A stretch of DNA of 64,000 bases, taken from positions 186,001 to 250,000 of the forward strand of contig NMRA01000209.1 in NCBI GenBank assembly GCA_002633005.1, in the 5' to 3' direction. Under the pieces are notes generated by a model. It saw only the letters and a program-made list of their open reading frames with translations, did no database searches and was not told the origin of the DNA. Made by a program: the position numbers and the translations under genes. Each line of letters opens with the position of its first letter. Within the stretch, counting starts at the first letter, position 1. This document shows, piece by piece, positions 27,001 through 38,329 of the stretch. This DNA is from Phoronis australis (taxonomy: Eukaryota; Animalia; Phoronida).

Positions 27001-30000
27001 TCTCACGAATGCTTTGCAACAAACGAAAATCCAGGAAAAGCTATCAGCAGTTTAGTATTGTAGATCTCAGTCAACGATACTATTTTCTTTGTCTCAGTGA
27101 GGGCATTTATTTTACATCGAATTTACATTCCCTGCCGATTAACCTATTATTATTGTATCAAACTACTTCTTCGGTTTCAGTGTTCTAATGTATCAAATCA
27201 AAGACATATGCCTCTTTGATTACTCTTGGCACGCAATGGGCAGTCACGACCCGAAATGATCCGGCCGTGTCAGTTGCTGTTTACACGGCACTCAGAAACA
27301 TCGAGAATACATTTACAAACGTTGACATATGTAGCTGTTGTGCTTCACTGATGGCTGCCAGCAGCGGTGGGTTATGAGTAGGATCCAAACACAGTTTTCG
27401 AAGGAAAATAAAAACTTTAAAACGGCATGCAGCGGCGATCGAATGAATATACATGTACACGGTGCAGACAGTAGACTGCACAGCGCACTTATTTTTTACA
27501 TCGTTTCAACGACACGATCGAATGATCGTTGATGCAGTCTTCATGGTTTGATGCTGTCACAACTTAATGATGTTGCTGATTTAAAATTATTGAAAATAAA
27601 TAACTGTTCTCGTCTTGTTTTGTTGTCAGACATGACTCAAGAAAGGAACGTGTTAATAGAAAAAGTATACCCGAGGCTGAGAGAGTATACACGCGCCGAG
27701 CACAGCTTGGAGTTTCAGGTAAGGCAACTGTTGGCATATTAACACGATGTTATCTTAGCAAATGAAGCGCAAACAAACTTTGATTTCGATCGACGAAAAA
27801 ATCGACGACGTGGGTTATTTTGAACAATTTTCGTTTCTCGCCACCAACGATTGGCGACGAGGTTTGAACTGATCTGGACTGCGTTCCGTTGACGCAAGAC
27901 TTTCGCGAGTGAAACTAAGTCTGAACAAATGCCTCTCGTGATACATTGTAATATTTCAAGAGGGCGTGCATTACCTCGCTTTTTTCGGTAGAAACGTGTG
28001 CAGCAGTTCTGGCTTAGTACACCAGTTGCACCAGAACATCGCGTTTTCAATACGCCAACTTTTGATTTCTCACTGACATCCCGTACAAGTGTTGACAGGT
28101 AGCATATCATGCATAAACATTTACAAACACCACGTAAGAGGCTGTCGCAAAACGTGTCACTTGTAAAATCCAAGTATAATGCTTTGGTTTGACGCCTGCA
28201 TTTGAACCAAAAGTTCTCATTGGCAGTCTGTGACCATGACACGGAAATTGTCTTTTGCTGCCTCGCGCCTAGAATGCGTAAAAAGGCTTTTGCGTCGCTA
28301 CATGTGCTTTACAATGTTGGCCCTTGTGGAAAGCAATGCTCTTTACTGATGGCGAAACCCTTGTTTAGATTACATTTAAAAGGTTTTGGTACATTGCGAC
28401 GATTGTCAGGTGCTTGCTCAAATAATACAGACGCCAATAATTCAACAATCCGTGAGAACGAATTTATTGAGCAAAATGCACTGTTAATATCTAGATTGAT
28501 ATACATGTATATATCGATTATGAATAGCCAATTTGCACCAGTTAGTCTTTTGCGTAGTTCGCTGAACTGAAAGCATTCAACAGTCTTCGACTAGCCAGAG
28601 GCAGACTTATGTACACAAATTGAGTTAAATTAAATGGAATTAAATACTGAAATCAATAAAACACAAGTACCTCCTACGACAGAGTGGATGGACAAACAAA
28701 CTCCTAACGTGCATCTACACGTGTGCAGTAAGGGACACAAATATTCCACACTAGTTTCAGGGTATGGCATTTCTATGTCAATCAAAATGTGCGAGAATTC
28801 TTCATGCACCTTAAATAGACAAGTTTAATATTTATTTTCCAAAGGAGTGTGTGGGCATACCAAAATATTACGCAGAATGCCCCTTAAACGCACGCCTGGC
28901 ATGATTTACTTGCAGATTATTGTTACAAAAGAAGCGGTTACTACTTCACGTGTACCGCCATTATTGTTAATAAATTTAATAGTTGTTTGAGATTGAATAG
29001 AAATAACATAGGTTATGCCATGTTTGTTTATGCTAAAATATTTGTTCATAATAGATGGGAGTATAGGGTTCCAACTTATGAATGAAGAAACGACCGTATA
29101 AAACTTGCGAACAGGCAAGGAGGACATTAAATTACGCCGGCAATTGGTTAAGCTGATATACATTGTATATTCACAGAAATAAGATGAGAGGTCCTGGAAC
29201 GTCTTGTAAACAAATGTTTAGGATACAGAATTGTAAACATTGTCCAAGTAGTGAATATTTACAGATGCTTAAATCGTTATCCTAATGTGTGCTTATTTTA
29301 ATACCAATTTCAGTGGCAGTTTGACAACCTCTATTCTTTGCTGAGGATGTCTTTGCCTGTGACCTGCCTTCCGGGTTATTTGTAATGTTTTTATTGCTTT
29401 GTTACATGAAACAGATAATTTTTCAATTGTCTATGAGGCTGTTTCACTTGCCTGTCATCTGATTTTCGGCAATTACGTAGTTTTACTTCTAAACGCCACA
29501 ATTTTCAAATTTCGCGCTCGTTGTTCACTCTTAGACACTGTAAACAAGTGTTTGCCGTTTGTTCGCTGACAAAGTCATTATTCATCAATCCAATCTCTTC
29601 AGGCTGTAGATATTCGATGGGGTATTGAAGACACGAGTTGGGACGACCACTCGGAGCTGGAGTTTCTTCTCAATCAACTTGGACAAAGTCAGAAGTTGTC
29701 AGCTGGTCCAAATTTTCTCGTAAGTACAATTTTAAAGACCACTGAAGTTTGTCAGTATTGTTCTACAAAAATGTGAAAGCAGTCTAGGATGATTACGACT
29801 TGGAAAAAACGGGGATGTATACATTTCCAAATGAAACAATAGATACGTAAACATGGCAAATGGTACATGTAGCTTGTGATATTACAGTTAGTTTTTGACA
29901 TACCTTATGAACAGCAAATGGTGAAAATTTTTAATTCTCTTTCCTATCGTAATTCCAAATGGAGACTTATAATGACAATTTGTCAATTTGTTAGGCTCTT

Positions 30001-33000
30001 GTTGGCCAACGTTACGGGCACCGTCCCCTGCCATCAGAAATCCCCGCCGTGGAGTACGAGTTGATCCGAAGCACGTTGAATCGTCATCGTAACCGGCAGA
30101 CAAGAGACGCACCTATCCTCGACAAATGGTACAAAAAAGACACGAATGCCGTGCCACCTGTTTACGTTCTTCAGCCAATCAGCAGTGGCGTGCCTGATTA
30201 CTACTCTGAGGTTCGTAAACGATTGCTTGTTTTCTTCCTTCGAGAAAGTTTAACAAATTTCCTTCTGTGGTATTAACGCATGCTTCTTCTGAAGTACAGA
30301 TATACAGTGTTGCAATGGGGGCGAAGCTTCTGAGTATTCAAATCTTTTCTAAAATCATCGCAGAGCCGAATGTACCAACTTTGGAATTGAATTGCTTACT
30401 ACGTTCAAACACAATCATGATTCCCCAGTTATCATCCCGCCCGCTTTTTCGTTACCAAAAGGTCCACAAAGTCAGGATTTCGAGACCCCATATTGAAGGC
30501 TGGGTACACGCATGAACACACGTTTTACGTTTTTGCCCGCAGGATGATTCGCTTCGAGAGGAAGCACAAAAGGACTGGGACAATAAGAGCAAACTGATGA
30601 GAGGTCTAATACAGAGGGGAGCGGAGTACTGTGTGGCCGAAAGTACCCTTGACGTGGAAAGCAAGCACCAATATGTCATGTCAGGTAGGACCGATGATGG
30701 GTGCTTTGGGATATTTAAGATATTTAACCAAGTCTTATATTCTTTTGTTGACAAAAGGTCCCCTCTTCGGTCGTTGCCGTTAACAAAATCGGGTCCCACT
30801 AAGGAATGTTTGACCCTATCGTAGGACCTAAGTTTATGTGGGGACCTAGAACGTCATATCCCAGGAATGACTGATTGAATTCCTGTGAAACTTCTAGACG
30901 CTTTAGGCACTCTTCTCGAAACTGGAATTGTTCTTAAAATGACACACTTTCGCATGAGAGGCTATCAAAAATAGGATTTTCATGAAAACATCTTGGGTTC
31001 TATGAAACAAAAAGGAAACGATGTTCTAGAAAACTGTAACTGCATGTTTGAGATGTCACCCTGTACATTGATATCAAATAGTATTTAATCACATTATTGA
31101 TACCTTTGTTATGCTACCAATATACCTTTCTTTTTTTAAATTTTACGTGACCCAATCAATATTAGATTGATGTAGTGTAAAACATCAAATTCCGCTAGCT
31201 GTCAGAAAATATATACTTTAACTAAATTTAAATCTTTGTTCTGTGAGAAGATGGTACTTGGCTAAATACGCAGGTTAGTCAATGAGGGCCTACTTAACCT
31301 GAACGAGGAAAGCTGTACAATGGCTAACTCTTGACTCAACTTTGACAATTGAACAACTAGCACGCGTAATTCTTTTAAAAGGAGGACAAGGTTACCCAAA
31401 AATGTTTGTTCTCTCTGCCCGCGTTGGCTTATATTTTTGTAGAAACCTGCCGACTATCCCCGTGGCTTCAAGTAGACCTCACTCACGCCCACTCGACTGT
31501 GTTTTTTGTGAAGTAATTTCTCACTGAACAGTGTACATCGTTTTCGTTTATTTGGCACACTCTTTACGTTAACTTACAGAGTTAGACTGTCTAATCAAGC
31601 AAGGGCTTCAACACGGACGTAATCCAGAAAGAAATGCACTAGTTTTTATACGCACCATCATCGATCTCAAGAACTACGTTGATCACGACAAAACTCCGAA
31701 ATTTATGGAAGTGGTCTACAATGACAAGCTGGAAAAGATAGAAATCGACAAAGAATCCAAACAACTTCTTGACCGTGTGAAAGAACAGCTTATCCCTCAT
31801 TACGTACCGAAATCGCAAGTCCTAGATTCGTCCATACTATGGAAGTTCGATGATGGTATTCACCCAGAACTGCACAAAGACTACTTAGATGAATTCGCGG
31901 AACGAATGTATAACGCCTTAGTTGAACTCATGGACGCGTCGGTACCATTTCAAGAGGCGGGTGATCACCCGCCGTTATACGACGAAGTTTTACGGCATCT
32001 CCTGTTGACAAAACAGAGATGTAAACATTTCCATGGTAGGGAAGACATCATGCAACAGATTCAAGGCTACGTCACAGGGTCTTCTCACCTTCCTCTTGTC
32101 ATCACTGGCGTGTCGGGTTCTGGTAAAACATCGATTATGGCGCAAGCACAGATTCTTGTAAGTATTGACTTCTTCAGCAAGTAGTTGTTGTGTAACAGCG
32201 TGCCCGATATCACTGATCCGAAAGAGAATTCTCCTAAACTACCGTTTGTAGTCTGCTAAACGGACGTCATTATTTTTCATGCCTATTTCACAGATCGTCA
32301 TTAATCGCTCAGTTGTACCAGTAGCAAAAATAAAAAAGTTGGTTGCTACAAAGTATAAGATGATATTTTTGTAACGTGTCGTTCTATTTCTGGAATGCAA
32401 TTTTCCTATGCGGCCTGCTCAGGCGATGTTAACCTCGTCAAAAGAATTCTCCTAGAGTAGTTTGTAGTCTATTTCTGGAAAACAATTTTTCTATAATCTT
32501 GCACAAAAAAGTACAGAGCAAGACTTGACTAGAATTTTTCGACAGGAGGCCCCGTGATAAATCTTCATAAATTATACTCGTTGCCTATTTTATCCCACGT
32601 GTTTACCATATACATGTATGAAAACGAACTGTTTCGGTTTTCAGGTACCATTCTGGTTGACTGACGAAGTGACAGTTATATCTAGGTACTTAGGACTGAC
32701 AACAGATAGCGCTGACGTTCGCCAAGTCATCAACAGTATCTGCCACCAAATGGCAATGGTGTTTGGCCACGACCCTGGCAATATACCGACTGACTATAAG
32801 GGGCTTTTGTGGCACTTTTACGACTTGTTAAGAGACTTTCCTGCCGAAAAAAAATTAGTTATATTTCTGGACTCTCTAGATCAGCTCAACCCAGAATACA
32901 ACGCCCATTACATGCAGTGGTTGCCGCCTAGATTAAAATCCAACGTGAAACTCATCTTGTCGACACTTCCAGACAAACACGATATCTTGGAACGCCTAAA

Positions 33001-36000
33001 ATCGGAAATAATTTGCAATACTAAATGTTTTGTCGATGTTGGCGAGCTCGGTGCAATTAAGTGTACGGAACTTCTTCAAACTTGGCTCGAAGGCTGTAAC
33101 CGCACGCTTTCGTCATCGCAAGAAGAAATACTGAAAGAAGCGTTCGAAAATTGCTCACTTCCGCTCTACGCCCGGATGTTGTTTGATGAGGTCATATCTT
33201 GGAGGTCATATTCGGTGGTGGAAGGAATCAAACTTGGTGCAGACTGTAGGTCATACATCAACAATTTGTTTGACCACTTGGAAGCCAAATATGGTAACGT
33301 ATTGGTGTCACATGTATTGGCTTATCTGACAGCCTCAACGACAGGTCTGAGCGACTGTGAAATGGAAGATCTTCTGTCGCTAGACGATGTTGTACTCGAC
33401 GAAGTATATAAGTCTTGGCACCCATCAACGAGGCGAATACCACATCTGATCTGGCTTCGGATACGACGAGAAATAGATGCTTTTCTTCAAATCACAGAAG
33501 CGGATGGCTACACGGTGTTTTTTTGGTACCACAGGCAGTTCATCGAGATTGCTACTGAGCGGTACCTCAGCGATTCTGCCTTTAAAAAAAAGGTCCACGG
33601 TTTTATTGCCGATTACTATCTTGGCAAGTGGCATGGTAAAAAAGTAAAATTTACATACAGTGATGACGTTGTGTCACTCTTGAAACTCAGCAATTCTCAA
33701 GGTAACGCTGTACGGCTGGTGCCATCCCAACCACTCACTTTCCAGTCATCAAAGGGCGCCACCAGGTACAACCGAAGGAAGTATGACCAGGTACCGAGAC
33801 ACCTCTTTCTCTCAGGTCGGTTGGAAGAACTGAACACCTTGGTTCTCTTTAGTTACGAGTGGCTGTACAACAAAATCAAAGTATTGTCCCTGCAGCACAT
33901 CATCGCGGACTTTAGCCTCAATCCTGGCGTGGAAGCTAGCCTAGTCGAAAGTGCCTTGAGAGCTTCCCAAGCCATCATATCCACCAATGTCAACAACATG
34001 CCAGCTGAGCTTACGGGTCGCCTACTTGCTTACTATACTACCCATCCGAATATTCGGCAGCTTATAGATCAGTGTGACGTCATAGGTCTCCAACACTGTG
34101 CCTTGGTACCAACGTACCCTTACCATGCCGTGCCAGGTAGTCCATTGCAACACGAACTTGAATGCAAGACTCCAGTTCAGTTCCTGCACGTAATCGATGA
34201 CGCACGCTACATTTGGGCTAAATCGAAAACGAGCCAGCAAGCTTCTTTGTTCGATCTTGCTACTGGTGAACTAGTCAAAGAAATTGTCCTTTCGACGGGT
34301 GACATGTATTTGACACCGTCTTTCAAACATTTTTTGATCATTGACGATCTTGCCGAGAAGTCGGTCAAAGTTCACGAGGGTGTCAAAGGTCGTTATCAGG
34401 GTCAACTAATACCAATGAATCATATACAGCTGGCGCCGAAGGAGAAATATCGCCTGGGTCCTGTGGACATCTCAGACGAGCGCATGTGTATTGTTGTGAC
34501 AACCGAGAGTAGTTACATGTGCATTGCTAGTGTGCCCGATATTCGATTCATTGAGATTGTCGGTCTAGATGGGAAATGCACTATGTGCAAAATGTCACCA
34601 GACAAACGGTTTGTATTCTGTAACTCCAACAAAACTCTCCTGTCTTATAATTTGGAGACGCTACAACACATTGCCAACGTAGATATGGGTTTTAAACCTA
34701 GACAAATGTTGTTCGTTACCGAAGGTCTGCGTGCTTTCGTGTTAAGTGAGGATGAAAATCACATACTCGTGCTTCACATACGCGACGGTTTTGCCGAGCT
34801 TTCCTACACGGTTTCTGTAGATGACGTCATGCCCAACGATATCATCTTGGAGATTAGTCTCTCAAACTCCGAAAAATTTCTTCTGGTCAGAGGGCAAAAC
34901 TCACTTCTGGTGTACGACATCCTGGAGGAGCGATTTCCCCGTCGATTTTCGAGACCCGATGGCATACCTGGTGAGTTCAAACTTCCTCGCAAAGAAGTTC
35001 AAGACATAGTGTTTACGCAGGCGAAGTTCTCACGAGATGACAGATACCTGATTGCGACTATATTTCGCAACGTGTACATATGGAACATAAACGACGGTCT
35101 TTTAGTCAATATTCTAACTGCTCCTGTTGGTATAATAAGCGATTTGATCATATCAACCAGCCGGGCGCAGATCATCACGCATCTCCAAGAATCACCAGTC
35201 ATCCAAGTGTGGAATTTCGAAGATGCTTTGGGAGACATAGGAAGCCTCGACAGACTGACCTCGGCCCCTGCAGAAATAATCCCAACTGCAGATGGCTCCG
35301 TTGCTTATGTTCGTTGCCACAACAGCGACGAAATTGGAGTGATAGATATGAGCAACGGGCAACTGATAGACCTGCTCACGCACGAGAGCGAGGTGACATC
35401 TGCAAACATTACCTACGACGGCAGTCACATGTTTGCGGCGTTGAAGAATCGGAGGCAAAACCAGTTGTTGAACAAAATATGGGACATGAATCAAAGAAAG
35501 ATTGTGCACGAATTTGGACAAGTAACAGGATATTGCGTGGCCATGAGGTCTGAGCGCACCTTCATTAACATTTGCCAAAGAGATATAACTTTCTGCGCGC
35601 CCTTTTACATCGATCAATTTAGAATGGAAGGAGAGAAAATAGTAGAGGTTACTATTGACGTAACCTTGAACCATGTCCTCAAAAAGCCGTTCATAACGAA
35701 GGATGACAAGTATCTTGTTGTATTGAGCGCTGAAGACTACGACAAAGCAACTGCGCAGTACCTCAACCCAGTGATTTGCTCGTTTACACTGGACCACGAT
35801 TTCGAGTTCAGGTCCTTCGGTCCTTCCGAATACGAAGAGTTCTTTGCCACTCGCAAAGTTGTGGACATCAAGCCATACGAAAATAACCCTTATTCCATCA
35901 TTGCTTTATTCAAGGTAGACTTCGTGAGTAATAACACGATCATGGGGTCTTTTACTTCAAACAGATCTTTCAGTAGGTCAGGAGGCAGTTGTATGACCAA

Positions 36001-36826
36001 TGGGCACGGCGACATCATAGGAAGTTTTGCTAATGACAGCAAAGGTGAAAGGAGCAGTATCGAACTTGGAAAACTCGACCATAACATGAACGGTGACAAG
36101 AAGTCTTTCAATACTTCCGAAGAATCATTGAAAACTAACGAGGTCGCTTCGTGTTATGGATTTTTCATCCTCGATGTTTGCAGCGGTGCTGTGACCAAAC
36201 TGTGCGACATGTTCTTGACCATTGACGTGCCACTGGACCTGCTGCTGATAGACAAGGACGCCACCGTGTGTGTTGACGAGATGTCCAACGTGTATACTCT
36301 TCTAACAGGAGATTACTCCAGACAGGTGCAGCCTACGGGAATTTCGCCCAGGCTAATGATTAATAACGGGAAGGCTTTGGTATACTTTGACAAGAATGAG
36401 GTCTACGTTATTCGATTCTGTGACGGTAGGGAAATAGCAAGATGTGACGTTCACACCGAGATCGTGTGTGTTTCCGTCTGTTTGGACGAAAGAACAATTC
36501 TGATCGGCTGCGTCGATGGGACAGTGACCTCATACGTCCTTATTGACACCTTGCACGACACTGCCCAGGATATCATCTCCGGAATACGAAGTAGGATGCG
36601 AGTACCAACACCAACCGACATGATTGAAGGGAGGATGTCCAGAACGTGGGATAGAGTTGATTCGCCTTCGTCCGTTCCTCGGTCTCGCCCTCCGTCTGCC
36701 GTCTTCAGCTTAAGCCCTAGCGATAAAGATAAACTGAAGCAGGTGCGACCGGTGCGCAGATTTCGTCCGCGGTCTGATAGTTTATTATATGCTGAAGCCC
36801 AGTCACACGTATGTGCCATTATGTGA
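23830..36826 (+). CDS. NWD2: NACHT and WD repeat domain-containing protein (NWD1/NWD2 family, NWD2-like), whole gene; join(23830..24007,27630..27718,29603..29719,29995..30210,30543..30684,31580..32157,32645..36826), 1833 aa
   Basis: Seven exons joined by GT-AG introns with matching phases give 5502 nt including the stop. Motifs: N-terminal DUF4062-like (IRMFVACTSTDMTQERNVL, FQAVDIRWGI, GQRYGHRPLP), Walker A GVSGSGKT, Walker B LVIFLDSLDQL, the NWD-typical GLSDCEMEDLLSLDDVVL and WYHRQF, then WD-like beta repeats. NWD2 versus NWD1 orthology is not proven. Confidence 0.9.
27630..27718 (+). CDS. NWD2: NWD2-like coding exon 2
   Basis: Acceptor ttgttgtcag|; DMTQERNVLIEKVYPRLREYTRAEHSLEFQ; donor |GTAAGG. 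Confidence 0.9.
29603..29719 (+). CDS. NWD2: NWD2-like coding exon 3 (absent from the ORF track)
   Basis: Acceptor ctcttcag|; AVDIRWGIEDTSWDDHSELEFLLNQLGQSQKLSAGPNFL; donor |GTAAGT. Confidence 0.9.
29995..30210 (+). CDS. NWD2: NWD2-like coding exon 4
   Basis: Acceptor tttgttag|; ALVGQRYGHRPLPSEIP...LDKWYKKDTNAVPPVYVLQPISS...YYSE; donor |GTTCGT. Confidence 0.9.
30543..30684 (+). CDS. NWD2: NWD2-like coding exon 5
   Basis: Acceptor ttttgcccgcag|; DDSLREEAQKDWDNKSKLMRGLIQRGA...HQYVMS; donor G|GTAGGA, phase 1. Confidence 0.88.
31580..32157 (+). CDS. NWD2: NWD2-like coding exon 6 (NACHT Walker A)
   Basis: Acceptor cttacag|; ...LYDEVLRH...FHGRED...PLVITGVSGSGKTSIMAQAQIL; donor |GTAAGT. Confidence 0.92.
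32645..36826 (+). CDS. NWD2: NWD2-like coding exon 7 (4182 nt; rest of NACHT, helical domains, WD repeats, CaaX end)
   Basis: Acceptor ggttttcag|; uninterrupted ORF to TGA at 36826, ending SHVCAIM*. Confidence 0.93.
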   Translation, partial: VPFWLTDEVTVISRYLGLTTDSADVRQVINSICHQMAMVFGHDPGNIPTDYKGLLWHFYDLLRDFPAEKKLVIFLDSLDQLNPEYNAHYMQWLPPRLKSNVKLILSTLPDKHDILERLKSEIICNTKCFVDVGELGAIKCTELLQTWLEGCNRTLSSSQEEILKEAFENCSLPLYARMLFDEVISWRSYSVVEGIKLGADCRSYINNLFDHLEAKYGNVLVSHVLAYLTASTTGLSDCEMEDLLSLDDVVLDEVYKSWHPSTRRIPHLIWLRIRREIDAFLQITEADGYTVFFWYHRQFIEIATERYLSDSAFKKKVHGFIADYYLGKWHGKKVKFTYSDDVVSLLKLSNSQGNAVRLVPSQPLTFQSSKGATRYNRRKYDQVPRHLFLSGRLEELNTLVLFSYEWLYNKIKVLSLQHIIADFSLNPGVEASLVESALRASQAIISTNVNNMPAELTGRLLAYYTTHPNIRQLIDQCDVIGLQHCALVPTYPYHAVPGSPLQHELECKTPVQFLHVIDDARYIWAKSKTSQQASLFDLATGELVKEIVLSTGDMYLTPSFKHFLIIDDLAEKSVKVHEGVKGRYQGQLIPMNHIQLAPKEKYRLGPVDISDERMCIVVTTESSYMCIASVPDIRFIEIVGLDGKCTMCKMSPDKRFVFCNSNKTLLSYNLETLQHIANVDMGFKPRQMLFVTEGLRAFVLSEDENHILVLHIRDGFAELSYTVSVDDVMPNDIILEISLSNSEKFLLVRGQNSLLVYDILEERFPRRFSRPDGIPGEFKLPRKEVQDIVFTQAKFSRDDRYLIATIFRNVYIWNINDGLLVNILTAPVGIISDLIISTSRAQIITHLQESPVIQVWNFEDALGDIGSLDRLTSAPAEIIPTADGSVAYVRCHNSDEIGVIDMSNGQLIDLLTHESEVTSANITYDGSHMFAALKNRRQNQLLNKIWDMNQRKIVHEFGQVTGYCVAMRSERTFINICQRDITFCAPFYIDQFRMEGEKIVEVTIDVTLNHVLKKPFITKDDKYLVVLSAEDYDKATAQYLNPVICSFTLDHDFEFRSFGPSEYEEFFATRKVVDIKPYENNPYSIIALFKVDFVSNNTIMGSFTSNRSFSRSGGSCMTNGHGDIIGSFANDSKGERSSIELGKLDHNMNGDKKSFNTSEESLKTNEVASCYGFFILDVCSGAVTKLCDMFLTIDVPLDLLLIDKDATVCVDEMSNVYTLLTGDYSRQVQPTGISPRLMINNGKALVYFDKNEVYVIRFCDGREIARCDVHTEIVCVSVCLDERTILIGCVDGTVTSYVLIDTLHDTAQDIISGIRSRMRVPTPTDMIEGRMSRTWDRVDSPSSVPRSRPPSAVFSLSPSDKDKLKQVRPVRRFRPRSDSLLYAEAQSHVCAIM

Positions 36827-37069
36827 AGCAAGAGACAAAACAAACTCCACGTAAATTAACCACTTCCCGCCATTTTACATAATGTTATTATACATGTAAC
36901 ACTCTGGCTCCTTGCGTGTCGGTAAATTTGCGTGTTTTCTTCATCAATTTATCGTGTTCTCAAGTACTTCCTTTCATGTAACGAAATCTATAACTATCGT
37001 AAGTGATTTTCAACTGCCGCGGTTTTGCAGCCTGCGTTCAGTTTTCATTGTGAAATCATAATTATCATC

Positions 37070-37075
37070 AATAAA
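37070..37075 (+). terminator. Candidate polyadenylation signal of the NWD gene
   Basis: AATAAA about 245 nt downstream of the stop codon. Confidence 0.4.
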
Positions 37076-38212
37076 ATATTGTTACCCTGTTAACCAGAAT
37101 CTCATATGAAACCTAATGCCATTCAAGACACATTTCCCTACAGGACTCAGCAGTTTCAAAAACAACTTAAGCCTGATACATGTAGTTCTCCAAAAGTACG
37201 GTTTTTGTCAGATATTCAATGGCACGTGACTCTTGTATAGCAATTGTGCAATATTTATCCAGTGCAAATGCAATAGCAAACTAAATGTTTTGGGGGTAAT
37301 GTGTACGGGATTGAGAAGGCGTATGCCGCAAAAAGCACACGACAATGAGCGTGTTCGAAAAGAATTTTGCCTGAATCAGCTTCTGCAATTAATTCCCATC
37401 ACGGCCATCTCCATCATTTATGGTCGCCGCCATATTGCACCCTCTGTTTTCGACAAGTTCAAAGGTTCATGATAAAAAGAAAAAATACATTACTTTGCCA
37501 TAACAAGCCTCCAGTTAACAAAATATGCTAGTAGTCTCAGAGACCAGCAAATATACTTATTTAAACTTTGAAGCTGATTGCGCCGTTTCTCCCTCTCTAC
37601 GCTAGGCAATGCTTTTAAAGTTCTGAAGTCCTGAGACAGCAAAAGACTGTAAACAACGTTTGCGAATCCTATGGTGAGCAAAAATTCTTCACGGAAAATT
37701 ATTATGGGACGTATTGATCCCTTCTTTCGCCATGGGGCTTCTCACATTGGTTCTAGGTTATCCGCCGTCTCCCATTTTTATTCTTGTTGAGATCCGTATA
37801 CATGAACCTGTAACAATTTCAGTAAAGACGAATTCAAACCCAAATTTTTAAAGGAGAATATTTGACAAATTGTTTGGGCATGTTTCGGGTGCTCCGTTGC
37901 AAGTGTATGCGGGCACTGCGATCCAGGAACGGGGATAGACGTGCTTTCTAGTACCCGCCCTTGCTTTAACAACGTTCTTGTCTCACAAATACAATCATTT
38001 TCTGTGTAGATTCCTTTCTCTTATTCACCGCAATTCTAATATTCATTCCTCATTAACAGCATTGGTACCCAATCGCAGTGTGCAAATAATGTCCATACAT
38101 TCTACGAAGCACGCCTCCCGTCAGAAAGTGACATAAACTACGTTTCGTGAGTAAATGAATATGTTCGTTGAAACAGAATCGCTTGCATGAGAAAAGAAAC
38201 AAACCCAGCAGC

Positions 38213-38329
38213 CAGTGCTCTAGTGGTAAAATTAGAGGTAAGTAGGCGCCCAAAGCCCACCGTTTCACCTTGAGCACTGAACGTAACTTACGGTGCGTAG
38301 GCACTACGTTCAAATGCCAAAAGGTTGTT
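38213..38329. mobile_element. Truncated inverted copy of the 54443-54596 MITE
   Basis: CAGTGCTCTAGTGGTAAAATTAGAGGTAAGTAGGCGCCCAAAG...CTTACGGTGCGTAGGCACTACGTTCAAATGCCAAAAGG is the near-exact reverse complement of about 54483-54596. Confidence 0.8.

Noticed and set aside
27739-28570. 167-aa and 122-aa ORFs in NWD intron 2
   Set aside because: Non-ATG starts, no domain signal, and not needed for the NWD reading frame.
32223-32494. Short duplicated fragments in NWD intron 6
   Set aside because: Degenerate 25-30 bp local duplications with no evident function.
32618-32644. ATG at 32618 as the start of a standalone 1402-aa gene
   Set aside because: It lies in the intron upstream of the acceptor at 32644; Walker A and the N-terminal domain are in earlier exons.
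33258-36843. Overlapping and antisense ORFs (e.g. 35192-35797, 35080-35553, 36451-36843)
   Set aside because: Shadow frames of the long NWD exon with no recognisable domains.
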